The notes: a model not told the origin generated them from the sequence alone. Shown: positions 26,271-40,375, counted from the stretch's first letter. The stretch is 64,000 nucleotides of DNA from Octopus vulgaris (GCA_951406725.2 OX597815.1:32240001-32304000), one strand, 5' to 3'. Numbers and translations are program-made.

Positions 26271-29200
26271 CGGCACCTGTGTTGCGTCAGAGAGAAAGAA
26301 GTGTTTCCCAAAGCAGAAAACAATCTCGTACTTCTAGATCAATTTCTAGAGACCGACATATGGCAAATCCACTTGATGGTGGAAGAAAGCAGAGCCTTGA
26401 AAGTAAATCTCGAATACCCTTGTCCCATCAAAAACCAGTTAAATCAAACAATCCAAAAGAATGTTCGAGTCAGCCAGAAAAATATCATCCCAAAAGTGCT
26501 ATATCTCAAAGCAAACAAACAAAGTTGAGTAGCAACACCAAAACCAACTCGGATACTGTTGATACTAAATCAAATTTACCATGTACCATCAAAACTAATA
26601 ACAGGTCATCTTCACCAAAACGTTTGTCTCAGTCAAAGAGTAACAGCTCAAGAAAAATGGATCAGGACAAATGCTCTGAGACAAAAGGGCAAATATTTCC
26701 TGCAGAAAGTGTCTGTGATAGTAATCTCTACTTTTCCAACGACTATCAGGAAAGAGACGATTCCAAAACAGACTTAGTAAATTACAGCTTAGATCGAGCA
26801 GAAGAAAAAATGATATCTTATCGTACCCAATTAAATATGACGCCTACGGGATTTGGTGATTATACAAACTTCTTTATAAAACCCATTCAGCTGAATGTAA
26901 CACAGAAAGCAATCGAAAATGAAACCCTTAAAACAACCCCAAATAGTGAAGATAACATTTTACCAAGCATTACAAATTGTCAAAATGAGTCGGGGTCAGG
27001 TAACAAAAACAATTATTCAGATTTAATCGGAACTAATGAAGATAAAGTTGGGAATTCTTATTCTGAGTCGAAACATAAACAGTACCCCACTCAAGATAGT
27101 CACAACACAAGTAGAGAATTAAAAGACTATAACCAGGCAGCAGACAGAGTTCTAAGAGTTAAAGATCCAAACGAAATAGTTGCCGATGTTGGAAATGACA
27201 CCCATTGGAATGATTCATGTTCTAATTTCGATATTCAAGAGAAGATTATTCCTCTTAATTCTCGTGAGGTTGCAAGCAGTTTTACTGCTGATCAAGCGTC
27301 AAAGAATGATCGTAAAAATGATGTCAATGGTGATGAATCGCGCATGATTAATAGAAAAAATATTCCAGACAACAACGGAATATTTGACCAAAATGTATCT
27401 AATAGTAAATTTACTGATCAATCAAACAAAACTATTTTAGAAGATGAGGGAACATATGGTTCTATCTCTTCAAACGATAATACCAATACACAGAATAGAC
27501 TCAATAATGCTCCTCTTATTAATTTAGAAAATTCTGAAGATGACCAAAAGGAGCAATCAGACGAAGATTCCTCTGAAAATCCAAAAGAAAATAAAAACTT
27601 TTTCAAAAATATCCGAAATAAAGTCAGCTCTGTTTTCGCAAAGGATTCTGACAATGAAGACAGTTCCAGTGAAATGGGTGTTTCACTTGACGATAGGAGA
27701 AAAAATGTTTCTGATCATAGTGAAGAAGAGACATCTGCAGACCAGCTGGAAGATTTACACAAAAATTCTTCAGAAAATTCGGACGAAAACAGAACACCTT
27801 TCAAAAATTTCCGAAAAAAAATCCGTCCTGCTTCCACAAAGGACACTGACAATGATGTTAATTTCAATGAAACCGATGCTACACTTGATGACACGCAAAT
27901 GGGAAATGCTTCTGATCATAGTAACGAGGAAATGCCCACAGACCAGCAGGAAAATTCGGACATAGATTCCCCTAGAAGTCCGAAAGAAAAGAGAAATCCT
28001 TTCAAAAACTTTCGAAACAAAGTCCAATCTGTTTTCGCAAAAGATTCTGACAATGAAGATAGTTCTAATGAAATGGATGCTACGCCTGATGCAAGAAAAG
28101 GTAACGTTTCTGATCAAAGTGATGAAGAAAAACCCACAGACCAGCAAGAAGATTCAGACAAAAATTCCCCTAGAAGTCCGAAGGAAAGCAGAAAACTTTT
28201 CAAAAACTTCCGAAAGAAAATCCGTCCTGTTTTCACAAAAGACTCTGATAATGAAGTTAGTTCCAATGAAATGAATGATACACCTGATGTAAAGAAAGGT
28301 GACGTTTCTGGTGATAGTGAAGAAGAAACACCTTCAGACAATCAAGGAGACGTAGAGAAAAATTCTCCAGAAAATCCCAGCGGTAACAGAAAACTCTTTA
28401 AAAACTTCCGAGAAAAAGTTCGTTCTGCTTTCACAAAAGACTCCGACAATGAAGATAGTTCCAATGAAATGGATTCTACATTTGATAACACAACGACAGG
28501 AAATGTTTCCGATCAAACGGATGAGGAAACGTCCACAGACCAGCATGAATCTTCTGACATAAATTCCCCAGGAGGTCCAAAAGAAAAGAGAAAACCTTTC
28601 AACAATTTGCGAAACAAAGTCCGTTCTGTTTTCGCAAAAGATTCTGACAATGAAGATAGTTCCAAAGAAATCGATGCAACAGTTGATGATTCAACAACAG
28701 GCAACATTTCTGATCATAATAATGAAGAAATGTCCACAGACCAATATGAACATTCCGACAGAAATTCGCCAGAAAATTCGAAACGAAAACAAACCTTCTA
28801 AAAGTTTCCGACACAAAATCCGCTCTGTTTTCACAAAAGGTTCTGATGATGAAGACAGTTCCAAAGAAATCGATGCAACAGTTGATGATTCAACAACAGG
28901 CAACATTTCTGATCATAATAATGAAGAAATATCCACAGACCAATATGAACATTCCGACAGAAATTCGCCAGAAAATTCGAACGAAAACAAACCTTCTAAA
29001 AGTTTCCGACACAAAATCCGCTCTGTTTTCACAAAAGGTTCTGACAATGAAGATAGTTCCAAAGAAATCGATTCAACAACAGGCAACATTTCTGATCATA
29101 ATAATGAAGAAACGTCCTCAGACCAACATGAACATTCCGACAGAAATTCGCCAGAAAATTCGAACGAAAACAAACCTTCTAAAAGTTTCCGACACAAAAT

Positions 29201-32200
29201 CCGCTCTGTTTTCGCAAAAGGTTCTGACGATGAAGACAGTTCCAAAGAAATCGATGCAACAGTTGATGATTCAACAACAGGCAACATTTCTGATCATAAT
29301 AATGAAGAAATATCCACAGACATGAACATTCCGACATAAATTCGCCAAAAAATTCGAACGAAAACAAACCTTCCAAAAGTTTCCGACACAAAATCCGCTC
29401 CGTTTTCGCAAAAGGTTCTGACAATGAAGATAGTTCCAAAGAAATCGATTCAACAACACGCAGCATTTCTGATCATAGTGATGAAGAAACGTCCTCAGAC
29501 CAACATGAACATTCCGACATAAATTCGCCAAAAAATTCGAACGAAAACAAACCTTCCAAAAGTTTCCGACACAAAATCCGCTCCGTTTTCGCAAAAGGTT
29601 CTGACAATGAAGATAGTTCCAAAGAAATGGATTCTGTACTTGATGACACGCAAACGGGAAATGTCTCTGATCATAGTGATGAGGAAACACCCACAGACCA
29701 GCAGGAAAATTCGGACATAGATTCCCCTAGAAGTCCGAAAGAAAAGAGAAATCCTTTCAAAAACTTTCGAAACAAAGTCCAATCTGTTTTCGCAAAAGAT
29801 TCTGACAATGAAGATAGTTCTAACGAAATTGATGCTACATCCGGTGATACAGTGGACGTTTCTGATCACAGTGATGGAGAAACACTCACAGACCAAGAAC
29901 GGTTAGACAAAACGTCCCCAGAAAGTCCGAACGAAAAGGGATCTTTCACAAATTTCCGAAATAAACTTCGTTCTGTTTTCACAAAAGATTCTACAAATGA
30001 AGATAGTTCCAGTGAAATAGATAATACACCAGAAGAAACGACAAGTAACGTTTCTAGTGCTAATGATCGAGAAACATCCGAAAGAAATGGCAAATCAGAT
30101 AAAAACAAGGCAGTAGATAACAGAGTCTTTGACCGTCATTTTAATGATCCTGATAAATCAATTACTTTCGAAGCATCTAATGATACTCAGAACCTAAATG
30201 CTGCTTTGCATTCGGTGAACAGAGGTACATTGAAATCAAACAAGGATATTGTTGGTGTAACCAAAGAAAAACCAGGTAACAACACCAAAAATTCATCTTT
30301 TAGAACTAAGAATGGCAAAACAGTCGAAGCTACCGAAAATTTCCAACCAAGCAGCAAAGTAGCCTTAGTAGATTCTACACTACCTGTTGATCAATATATG
30401 ACAGATGCAGCAGAAGTGCAGAAATGTCCACCAATTTATGCCAAACCGAATATAAAAAGTACTATTCTTGAACCCTCGACAGAACAGTATCCAGAAAACG
30501 GAGAATTCCAGAGCGAGTCAAGTTCACCTGAGAACAAGAAACGTGACAAATACAATAATGATTCTATTGTAGATTTGCTAGACAAATTAGACCCTGATCC
30601 ACAGAAGGCATCAGACGAAGAGAGTACCGACAGTAAATCAAATCTAAATTCTCCTGAAACGGAATCTGACAAAAAATCTTCTCCTTCACGTTCTACTTCC
30701 TTTTCACGCTTTCGCACAAAACTCTCTTCGATGTTCTCTTTCAAATCTGATAAAAAGAAAAATGATGCAAAGGAAAAGGAGGAAGCTTCAGATGTCCGCA
30801 ATGGAGATGAGAATGATGGTGATGGAACTGCTGATCGTAAAGATGGAGATGATAGTAGTAGCATTCTCGATAAATCTGAACCTTCTGATGGAGATGATAC
30901 AACGACCAGAAGAGATGTTCTGAAACCAGTAAAAAATATTTCAACTCATTCTCCAAATATTAATAGTAAGAAAAAGATAGAAAGGCGACAAAGCGACAAA
31001 ACTCTCAGTGAAGACTCAGAAGAAGAGTTATCTAAAGAAGAAAGATCTCATGATCGTGAAGACATAATTACGGGGGAAAGTGACGATAATGAATATAATC
31101 CTTTTGACAAGTTCTACAATACGAACAAAGGAAAACATCTGACAAACAGCAATGTTAATGATTTAAGTAGTGATGGCACCCAAGGAATAGATGAAGACAA
31201 ATACTACTCCGACGGGAAGAAGACATCAAATTTGAATTCGACATCTTCTTCTCCATCCACCTTTTACAAAACTCCACCACCATACATTCCATCAAAAAAT
31301 ATTCAAGAAGACAGTACAATTTATCAGAAACCAAATAACTATAATGAAAGTGAAGATAATGACTCATTGTTCGAAAGCAGCAGTCTCTACACAAGTTCAC
31401 AATTATCTGAATCAGAGTTCCCACCAGAGCAGAAGGATAATGCAGAAAGCACTACTCCCCCAATGTCAAGTGAAGCTGACAACAAAGAGAATGCGGTAAA
31501 AAAAACTGTCCCATGGTATAACAAATTTAGGGCTTTGTTCAGTCTTAAAAAGCCAGAGAAAACTCCTGTTAAAGATACCACCACAGATGATGGTGAATTT
31601 TCGCGAGCTGAGTCTTATCATCCAAAGATGCTTGATACTGATGGAGTTGATCTGGATACAGTTTCTAATTCTCCAAACTGGTCAGATATTATCGACGATG
31701 ACGTCGTGTCGGAAGATGTACAAAGGAAACTGGCAGCTCAAAACTCGAAACTAATTTTTAATAATGATGGTGATTCGTTCGTTCAGACTAAGCCTAAATT
31801 AAATTCGACAGAAAATATAAGTAGGTCGACATCATTTCCTGACACTGAAGATCAGAGAACCTCAAGTAAGCTCCCAACAAAAGGTCAGTCTCTCGATCAA
31901 GATAATACATTACAAGAAGGAAATTCTTTGAAACGCTGGCCACATTTAGGTGAGATCACGAACGTTGCTGATAATCCAATGTTTCAGCAAGAATATCCGC
32001 TCAGCAGTGAACGGTCGACTTCTAATGAATATCTAAGTGATGATTCACTAGAAACTGAACAAAAGGTACAAACTAATATTGACAGAAAGCCTTTAACTCA
32101 ATCAAGGACACTCAATGCTGAAACTTTCCTTGACTCAACAAATTCTCCCAAAACAGTCGTTGCATCAAAAAAATCTTCAAAAGTCCCGATAAGAGTTAAA

Positions 32201-32576
32201 AAAGCAAGTTTTTCAGGTAATAAAAGACCAGTTCTTTCGCCGTCGCAATCACGTTTGTTTGATTATCCTAACAATGAAGATACAATAAAGGATTCATCAA
32301 AAGGTACACATTTGAGGAAAAATGGCAATGACCGCACATCAACAGTATCGGGAAATGAATCGAATACTATGATCAAAAAACGGGCGAAGGAACCGATTAC
32401 TTTAGAGACAAGCAATGCTCACTTAGTAAGACGTAGTGGCAGGTCGCCGACAGAAACAAAGGATAGACGTGATGTTAAAAAACAAGTGGAATCTAAATAT
32501 AAGCCGATCGGTGATCAAGCTGCTGACGGTCGTCGTGTTTTACCGAAAGGAGGTAAAAAAACAAAGACAACTTCAT
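26271..32576 (+). CDS. Giant (~6.3 kb) coding exon of gene A: Ser/Asp/Asn/Lys-rich disordered region with tandem repeats and two internal frameshifts
   Basis: ttttcaacttacag|CG acceptor (phase 1) and TCAT|gtgagt donor at 32577. Covered by ORFs 26279-28801, 28650-29339 and 29627-32584, which share one repeat motif. Confidence 0.8.
27540..30060 (+). repeat. Coding tandem repeat, 13 units of ~183-201 nt (consensus ...SPxxxxExRxPFKNFRNKVRSVFAKDSDNEDSSxExDxTxDxxxGNVSDHSxEExxTDQ...)
   Basis: The F(K/S)xFRxK(V/I)RSVFxK motif recurs at about 27600, 27800, 28000, 28200, 28400, 28597, 28795, 28993, 29178, 29370, 29553, 29753 and 29943. Confidence 0.95.
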
Positions 32577-34466
32577 GTGAGTAGAAAACGTTGTTGTTAA
32601 CTTGCTGACAATGCTTCGCTTTCCGTTGGTCTACATGTTCAAACCCACCCCAAACAGCATGCATTTACTTCGTAATTTTTATTTATTTTCCTGTTGAATG
32701 CCTCACAGCATTTAGTTATATCTCTTTACATTCCCAGTTCAAATCCTGCTAGTACTGTCTTTCATCCCAGCTGACTACATCGCTTCCTTGTATTTTTCTA
32801 TCCAGTAAAACGAATTCTTTATACGTAAGCCAATCAACGTTTGTTGAGATAAGTGCACATTGTACAATGTCGCGGTCGCGACTCCCATTTGGAACTCTTC
32901 TTAGAAAACATGATGAACATCACAATATCCTATTTACTATATCTTTTGTGTGCTTGAAACATCACGTGTTTCTTTTACACTAGAATAAGTGACCATCTAA
33001 AGAAGTATAGGTCGCTGCGACATATCAGAGGTACCACTAAAAAATCAACGAGTGTTTCTTTAGTTTGCCATACTGACTCATCTCACCCTCTGGGGAAGCT
33101 TGGCCAACTGATTTGCTTTCACCGTACGAAGACAAAACTTTTAATGGCTCTTCTACGATTCAGTGAATTGTGCAGTTTACCACAAAGAGTGACAGTACAC
33201 AATGACTAAGATCTTGCCTGGACTCAGAGAGCATCTAATATGTGCGTGTGCGTATATGTGCGCGCGCTGTGAGTGTGTCAGTGTGTGAGAGAGAGGGAGA
33301 AATCAGTTGGCTCAAAATGTTAGATTCAAATCTTGAATCTGCGAATTAACTTTGAACCATATCTGCAAGAAAGATTCTGTTATAGCGCAGACTTGAGATG
33401 GACTTCGTTATGTGAACCAACTAACGAACACTCATTTAGTTTATTGTGCTCCAACTACCTGCAGCAGTGAATAGTTTTTACGCATGGCACTCATTTAGCA
33501 CTAGATAAACAGAACCATCAAGAAACGAATTGTTTGGGCCATGACCTCGACGAAGTGAGGGAGGAAAGATGTGAATTTTGTTAGTCCGATCGTTGATTAG
33601 ACCATTCAGAAAGCAGGAGTCTTTTTGAGCCTGTATATTTAATTCCATTTGCTTCTTTTGAGAAGTCAAAAGGAAGTCTAGTTAGTTGTATGCAACTTCT
33701 CTAAATGTGCAGGCGTTTATTCCCAACAGCACGTAGATTATAATACCCAGTCCAGAAACAAACGAAATACCAGCAATCGATTCGAACCGATGGACTATGA
33801 GCAGGTTGTTCAATACAATATCCTCTCGGTTATTTTGATTCTATTCTCAACCGACGATTCGATACGACATCGTTACGGTCATCAACAATTCCAGAATGTC
33901 TAGTAGACTATCACTCTTTCACCGATATATTTATTCATTGTAAGAGGTGAATGAAGCTTGTCTCGCCCTTTTCCGAAGAATTCTGTCCTTTCTGTCTGTA
34001 ATTTCTTACATAGCCTACAGTACGGACACAATATTGATAATCGCAAGTTTATTTTTGCCATGGTTAAGCTTTGACTGAGCAGACTTATGACCAAAGGTGT
34101 TCCAACTATGACCATCTGATCTATTTTAGGGTTATATATAAGAGAACATCATCCATTGTGTGCTTCCCTTTCCCTATAAAGTAGAATGTGATTTGTAAGA
34201 GATTTTACTGCTATTTCTAGCAGTTCTAGCACAGCATAAATGCCCACACTATGGCTCGGATAATTGCAGATATAAGGCATGAGTGAGAAACGATAATTGG
34301 GGTATAGAAGTAAAGGCTTTGCACTAATTCGTCTTCACTGTATTCACATCTGCTAATCCACGATATGAACGTTTTCCCTACATGTCTTCTATTGCTACTG
34401 CAACACGCTACAAATACTTTCCCAAAACCGCACTGTCTCCTCTTGCTGTCCTTCTGCACCTAACTT

Positions 34467-34500
<34 letters not shown>

Positions 34501-34799
34501 GCTGCTACTGCTGCTGCTTCCGCTTTTCTCACTAGTAAGCTGTACGCCATCAATATTCGGCATCCTCTATTGTGTTTCCATCACCCAAACCACACATTAA
34601 AAGGTTTTATTCATCCTTTCATCCTAGAGCTGCAGACCTCTGCAACTCTTCTTGCCAACGTTTTCCATGCGTATGTCCATGATGGAATATCTACTACAAA
34701 CACCGCTCCACAACCATCAATCCGAATATGGCAGGTGCCTGCAAAGGTCAAAGATGCTGGATCTTTTCTTGAGATTAAATAATAATAATAATAATAATA

Positions 34800-34853
<54 letters not shown>

Positions 34854-34952
34854 GTCTTTGCAGAGCTTCTAACGCTGGAGATGTACTGGTAGTGAACAGC
34901 TGACACCGTAGTACATCTCCAGCGTTAAAAGCTGTGCAAAGAAAGACAATAA

Positions 34953-35007
<55 letters not shown>

Positions 35008-35008
35008 G

Positions 35009-35542
35009 TAAATGCCTTGATGCAGTACCAGGCAGTGGTTCTCGTGGCTTCTGATCTTAACTGATTGGAAGTGTTATCATGTACATTGTTTTGTCTTGGT
35101 ATAAAAGATGGGCTACAGCAAATATTCTGCTCAATACCACAGATTTGCTTGTCAGTTGTTTGACCTTAACCAGTTAAGCATACCCCTTAGTGGCTGACGA
35201 TATGTGCAACTCTGATCACGAGCAGAAGTAGTGGGGGAGCATCATAGCCATGTGTTGAGAGTGATTCTTTGGGGTTTGAATAATTCACCTCTGAAAACAT
35301 GGGTGTTTCGTTCAACATCCTTAAACAGCCCTTATTCAGAGACCTTTTGAGCGGGATGGGTTACTCGACCAGAAGAAAGTTCTAACTGGGACCCACCTGT
35401 AACTGGGACCATTGTCACGCACATATGGTTGTGATGCATGTGCCTAGTGTACCCTTATCAGACGGGTAATCATGACGGGTATACTGGGCTTCGTATATTT
35501 TACCCCAGTGTCACTTTGATGGCTTGCACTGCTCTCTCACTC

Positions 35543-35620
<78 letters not shown>
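35009..35620 (+). mobile_element. Probable retroposon 3' fragment with (AAT)n tail
   Basis: ~530 bp of complex sequence bounded by (AAT)n runs and ending ctctctcactc(aat)n. Single copy in this window. Confidence 0.5.
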
Positions 35621-35626
<6 letters not shown>

Positions 35627-36127
35627 GATGGTCATGGGGGGAAGCTGCTTCGATGTTTATGAAGTCGTTCTTATGTTGTAATTCCTGCTAGGTGACCGAG
35701 TGTTACTAGCCTGACAACTAAGGGTTTAATTATACCATAGCATGTATAATAATACCCTAGATGTTCAGGGTTCACCTTTAACGATCGTACGATAGTGAAA
35801 GGTGTATCGTCATGTTTTACAGCTTAAGAGAGTTAATGGTTTTCAGTTTCAAGCTCCAAATGTAGAGCACCCACAGGACATGGAGAGCTTTTGGATTCGC
35901 TCTTCAATATTCTTGATAGGAGATCAGTAATTTGATACTTATATCGTCCTTATATCGTACTTTGCGTATATTGTGCTTATATTGTGCTTATATTTTGCTT
36001 GTATTTTGCTTGTATTTTGCTTGTATTTTGCTTAACGTTCTCAGCATTTTTCAATGGTTGTACTATGGTTTTAGGGAATCATTTTGGTGACTATTTTGCA
36101 CTATTTCAAAGCTAATTTTTTTTCTTT

Positions 36128-36181
<54 letters not shown>

Positions 36182-36455
36182 GTGCATTCGTTAATATATT
36201 TTCATGTTTATCTGTGAATATGAATGCCTGTAGAGATGTTAGTGCTTATATGTATATGTGTGAATGTGTGTCTGTGTCTGTAAATAATCATATATAAGCA
36301 ACCGTTATTCAGAAATCTTATATTTCTCCGGTGTTCCTATCCCTCTGTGTCAAGTACTGCTAGTTTGAACTCTCGGCCACATGCCCTTCAAATAGGGTTT
36401 CTTCTTCTCATAAGAACACTTCAACGTGGACTTTCTAGTGAGTAACATTTATTAT

Positions 36456-36760
36456 GTGGAGGCGCAATGGCCCAGTGGTTAGGGCAGCAGACTCGAGGTC
36501 GTAGGATAGCGGTTTCGATTCCCAGACCGGGCGTTCTGTGTATTTATTGAGCGAAAACACCTAAAAGCTCCACGAGGCTCCGGCAGGGGATGGTGCCGAC
36601 CCCTGTTGTACCCTTTTGCCACAACTTTCTCTCACTCTCTCTTCCTGTTTCTTGAATAACGCTGCGATGGACTGGCGTCCCGTTCAGCTGGGGGAAACGC
36701 ATACGCCACAGAAACCGGGAAACCGGGCCCATGAGCCTGGCTAGGCTTGAAAAGGGCCCA
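36456..36760 (+). mobile_element. SINE family B head with alternative 3' tail
   Basis: Same tRNA head as 5308. The tail matches the reverse complement of 46212-46330. Confidence 0.85.
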
Positions 36761-37915
36761 CGTTTATCGTTTTATCGTAAGATTTATTATAAATCATTAC
36801 GAATGCGCCTACAAACATTCGGGAAATATATATATTCATATATATATATATATATATAATATATATATACCACAGACTTGTTTAAAATGTCATGAAATAG
36901 AAACTATGGCAAAGGAATACGTCTTCTTTGAAATATTATTATCTCAGTGTCATCAAACTAGTAAACGCTTCATTAATTTTAGAAACTGAAAGGTACTGAG
37001 AGTCAGAAACAGTGGATACTGAACTAAAGTTATACACAACCAATATTTCTGACTCAGAGCATTTAGCTATGTTAAGTGTTTAAACCCTATTAGGATCTGA
37101 TTTTTCTCATGACATTTATTTCGATAGAAGTAAATATTGAATTTCTTCAGTGTCAATAAAATCGACTGCACCAATTCCCCTACTAGCTCGTAGCTTTGTG
37201 CCATTATGTCTAGAAATGCAATAACTACCATCATTTAAAAATATTTCTAGAAATATAAACATTTTTTTTTTTGTAACAGCTGCTATTTATTGTGCCTTGC
37301 ATGCTAAATTGTTTAAAAACATCCAATTATGTGTCCGTTATGTTATCGATTGACCTCGATTTTAAATGGCACAAATGTAATTTTCTTTTTCTAAAGTTAA
37401 ATTCTTTACTTGTAGCGTAATAGTTAGAAAAATAAGATATTAGAATTTAGGTTCGAGATTTGGTGTGAATTGTAGCTACCTGGTGGCAGTAACAACCAGT
37501 CATTACTACAATGTTGTAGTCTTTGAAATGAACTCAAGTAAATAGTTTACGTCCTCGAAAGGAAGTTTAAGAGAATGTGGTGACTTCATACACGGTTAAA
37601 TAGGCCTTCATACTCAGAACTTATATAGATGAATAGAGACGAGAGACGGATGTAAAAAGAAAAAAAGAATAAACAAAATTATGTTTGGAATTAAAATAAC
37701 TAACAAATAAAAATGGTCTTATATCATTTCCACAATGAATGAATGCCCCAGTATATAACATATTATGTTACTTCCTTTTGCTTTTTATGTTTTCTATGTA
37801 TCTATGAAAATATAAAAACCTTTCAAAATGTTATCCTTAACTAAACAATATAAGTTTCTATAGTATCTCCGTCTCTTTAGTAATCTTTCCTTCTGTCCTT
37901 CTCTCTTTCTCCTAG

Positions 37916-38007
37916 GCTTCATAAGCATGAACATTGTGCAACGATCTCGCCTTTCTCAGGAAGCACTTTCTAGTATCATCTTAAATAGATTAATGCTAAG
38001 TACATGA
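37916..38007 (+). CDS. Possible further or terminal exon of gene A
   Basis: Strong polypyrimidine tract ending ctctttctcctag|GC. In phase 1 it reads (C)FISMNIVQRSRLSQEALSSIILNRLMLST*. No homology support. Confidence 0.3.
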
Positions 38008-38064
38008 TTTGTAAACCAATGAACAAAAGAATCCGTATACTATATTTCCATTGTGAGATTGTGC

Positions 38065-38161
<97 letters not shown>

Positions 38162-38184
38162 TGTTCCTTTATCTGGTGATCAAT

Positions 38185-39605
38185 GCGGAAACGATGGATA
38201 GATGAGTGGTTGGTGAGAGCTTCTCTAAGCCATTGTTACATGGATGCTGCCAGTAAAGTGAGGGTTGATAATGAGTTTAGCAATGAATTTAGTGTACAGG
38301 TAGGAGTTCACCTAGGATCGGTTCTCAGCCCCGTCTTGTTAATCATAGTCCTCCAGGCCTTAACAAAGGAATTCAAGACTGGCTGCCACTGAGAGCTTCT
38401 CTAGGCTGATGATCTTGTTCTTATAGTTGAATCACTACCTGATCTAGAGAAGAAATTTCAGATGTGGAAGCAAGATCTGGAATCTAAGGACCTTAAAGTT
38501 AATGCAACAAAGACGAAATTCCTAGTAAGTAGGAAAACAGACAAATCACAAGTCCCTTCTCGATATGTAAGAAGGGAGATGGCTCTGCTCGATATGTAGG
38601 TAGAAATTCCATACGTTGTACCCAGTGCAAGCTTTGGACACAAGAAGTGTAGGAAGGTTAATAAAGAAAATAGTCCTTGTGCGTGTCAAATGTACAGGTA
38701 CAATAAGCACTAAAAATGCGCAGAGAATAGACTTCCTCAAGTGCTCAAAGGAATCCTTAAAAGTAGAAGATAGCTTCTGTTATCTAGTCGACCAAGTTAG
38801 CAGTGGAGGAGGAAGTTCTGAAAGTGTAGTTGCTAGAATAAGAACGGGCTAGGCAAAGTTCAAAGAGCTACTACCTTTGTTGGTAACTAAGAGCCTCTAC
38901 CTCAGAGTGAAAGGCAGATTCATGATGCCTGTGTACGTACATCTATGCTACATGGCTGTGAAACATGGGTTATGACTATAGAGGGCTTGCGAAAGCTTGA
39001 AAGAAATGAAACCAGTGTGCATATGCGACAGAATGTAAATAATTTTAAGAGGAAAACTGGGTATAAGAAGCATCGAATGTTGTGTGCAAGAGAGAAGACT
39101 ACGCTGGTTTTGTCATGGGATGCATATGAATGGGGACAATTGCTTAAAGAAGTGTCGATCTCTAATTGTGGAGGGAACCTGTGGAAGGGGTAAACCCAGA
39201 AAGATGCGAGACCAAGTGGTGAGAAAGGATCTTCAGACGCTGGGTCTCACTGAGATGATAAGGGACCGGGACTTGTGGTGGTTTGCTGTATTTCAGAAGA
39301 CATATCAAGCTAAGTCAAATTGCAACTATCCACATACACACAGGCATGTACTTTATGGCCATGCTCACACACCCTCTCCTGGATGAGAAGTCATTGTTTT
39401 GCAGATGCTACGTAAACGCATTCGTACCGGTGGCACGTAAAAAGCACCCAGCACACTCTGTAAAGTGGTCAGGAAGGGAACCTAGCCGTAGAAACTATAC
39501 CAGAACAGACAATTGGAACCTGGACAGCACTCCAGCTGGCCAGCCCCTGTCAAATTGTCCAACCTATACCAGCATGGAAAGCGGACGTTAAATGATGATG
39601 ATGAT
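38185..39605 (+). mobile_element. 5'-truncated, degraded RTE-like LINE (RT C-terminal half plus 3' tail)
   Basis: VQVGVHLGSVLSPVLLIIV...ELL*ADDLVL (YADD relic), MLHGCETW and RRLRWFCH. 3' end agcatggaaagcggacgttaaa(tga)n. Confidence 0.88.
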
Positions 39606-40375
39606 ATACATGTGTGTGTGTATGTGTGTGTGTGTGTGTGAGTGAGTGTGTGTGTGTGTGCATGTGCATGTGTGTGTGTATAATCATGTATTTGAAAAAA
39701 GAAAGGAAAACTGCAGCCAGTGGTAAATACTGCTTTAGTTCAGTGAAAATAACCGCACCAGCAGATAATCTCAACAGATATGTTACTATTAACTGGGCTT
39801 ATTCGATCAACTGTCTAGTTTCATGTATATACACTACCGTCAGAAATTAATTAGCACCCTTGATTTGCTCTTCACTCAAGGTATGTGCTGTCACCTAGTG
39901 GCCATATCTCGAACTATTGCTTTGTTGCGAGTTCACTATTGCGCAGAACGATGACGTAACTTTGTTTGCAGAGCAGTTTGAGAGTCTACAGCCTTATGAT
40001 GTTGACATAGCAGCGCAACAACTTGGAGTGCGGATGCAGACAAATCTTCCTTTGTTTAATAGATATAGGTAGCGCCTCGCAAGGACCGAAATCACACCAT
40101 ACTAAGTTTTCTCATCGCGTAAGACGTTTTGAACAGCTCATAGGTTAATTGAATTAACCTATTTAATGTAGAAATTTGAGAAGTGCTAATTAATTTCTGA
40201 CGCAAGTGTATTTTCATCGTAGCATTTTCCTGCTTTTCTGAATCTGCTCTCCCCTCGTTTGATCTTTGGTAACATACACTGAATAATTGGGTGTAAAAAC
40301 GTGCAAATGTTCAACTCTAATCAAAATCAGTTCAGCTTCTTATTGTTTCAGGATTAAAAAGTGTAATTTATAAAG

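Noticed and set aside
25805-26323. 172 aa minus-strand ORF
   Set aside because: It overlaps an inverted repeat and the acceptor of the + strand exon, and has no recognisable protein features.
27418-31584. Antisense and alternative-frame ORFs over the giant exon
   Set aside because: These are shadows of a biased, repetitive coding sequence.
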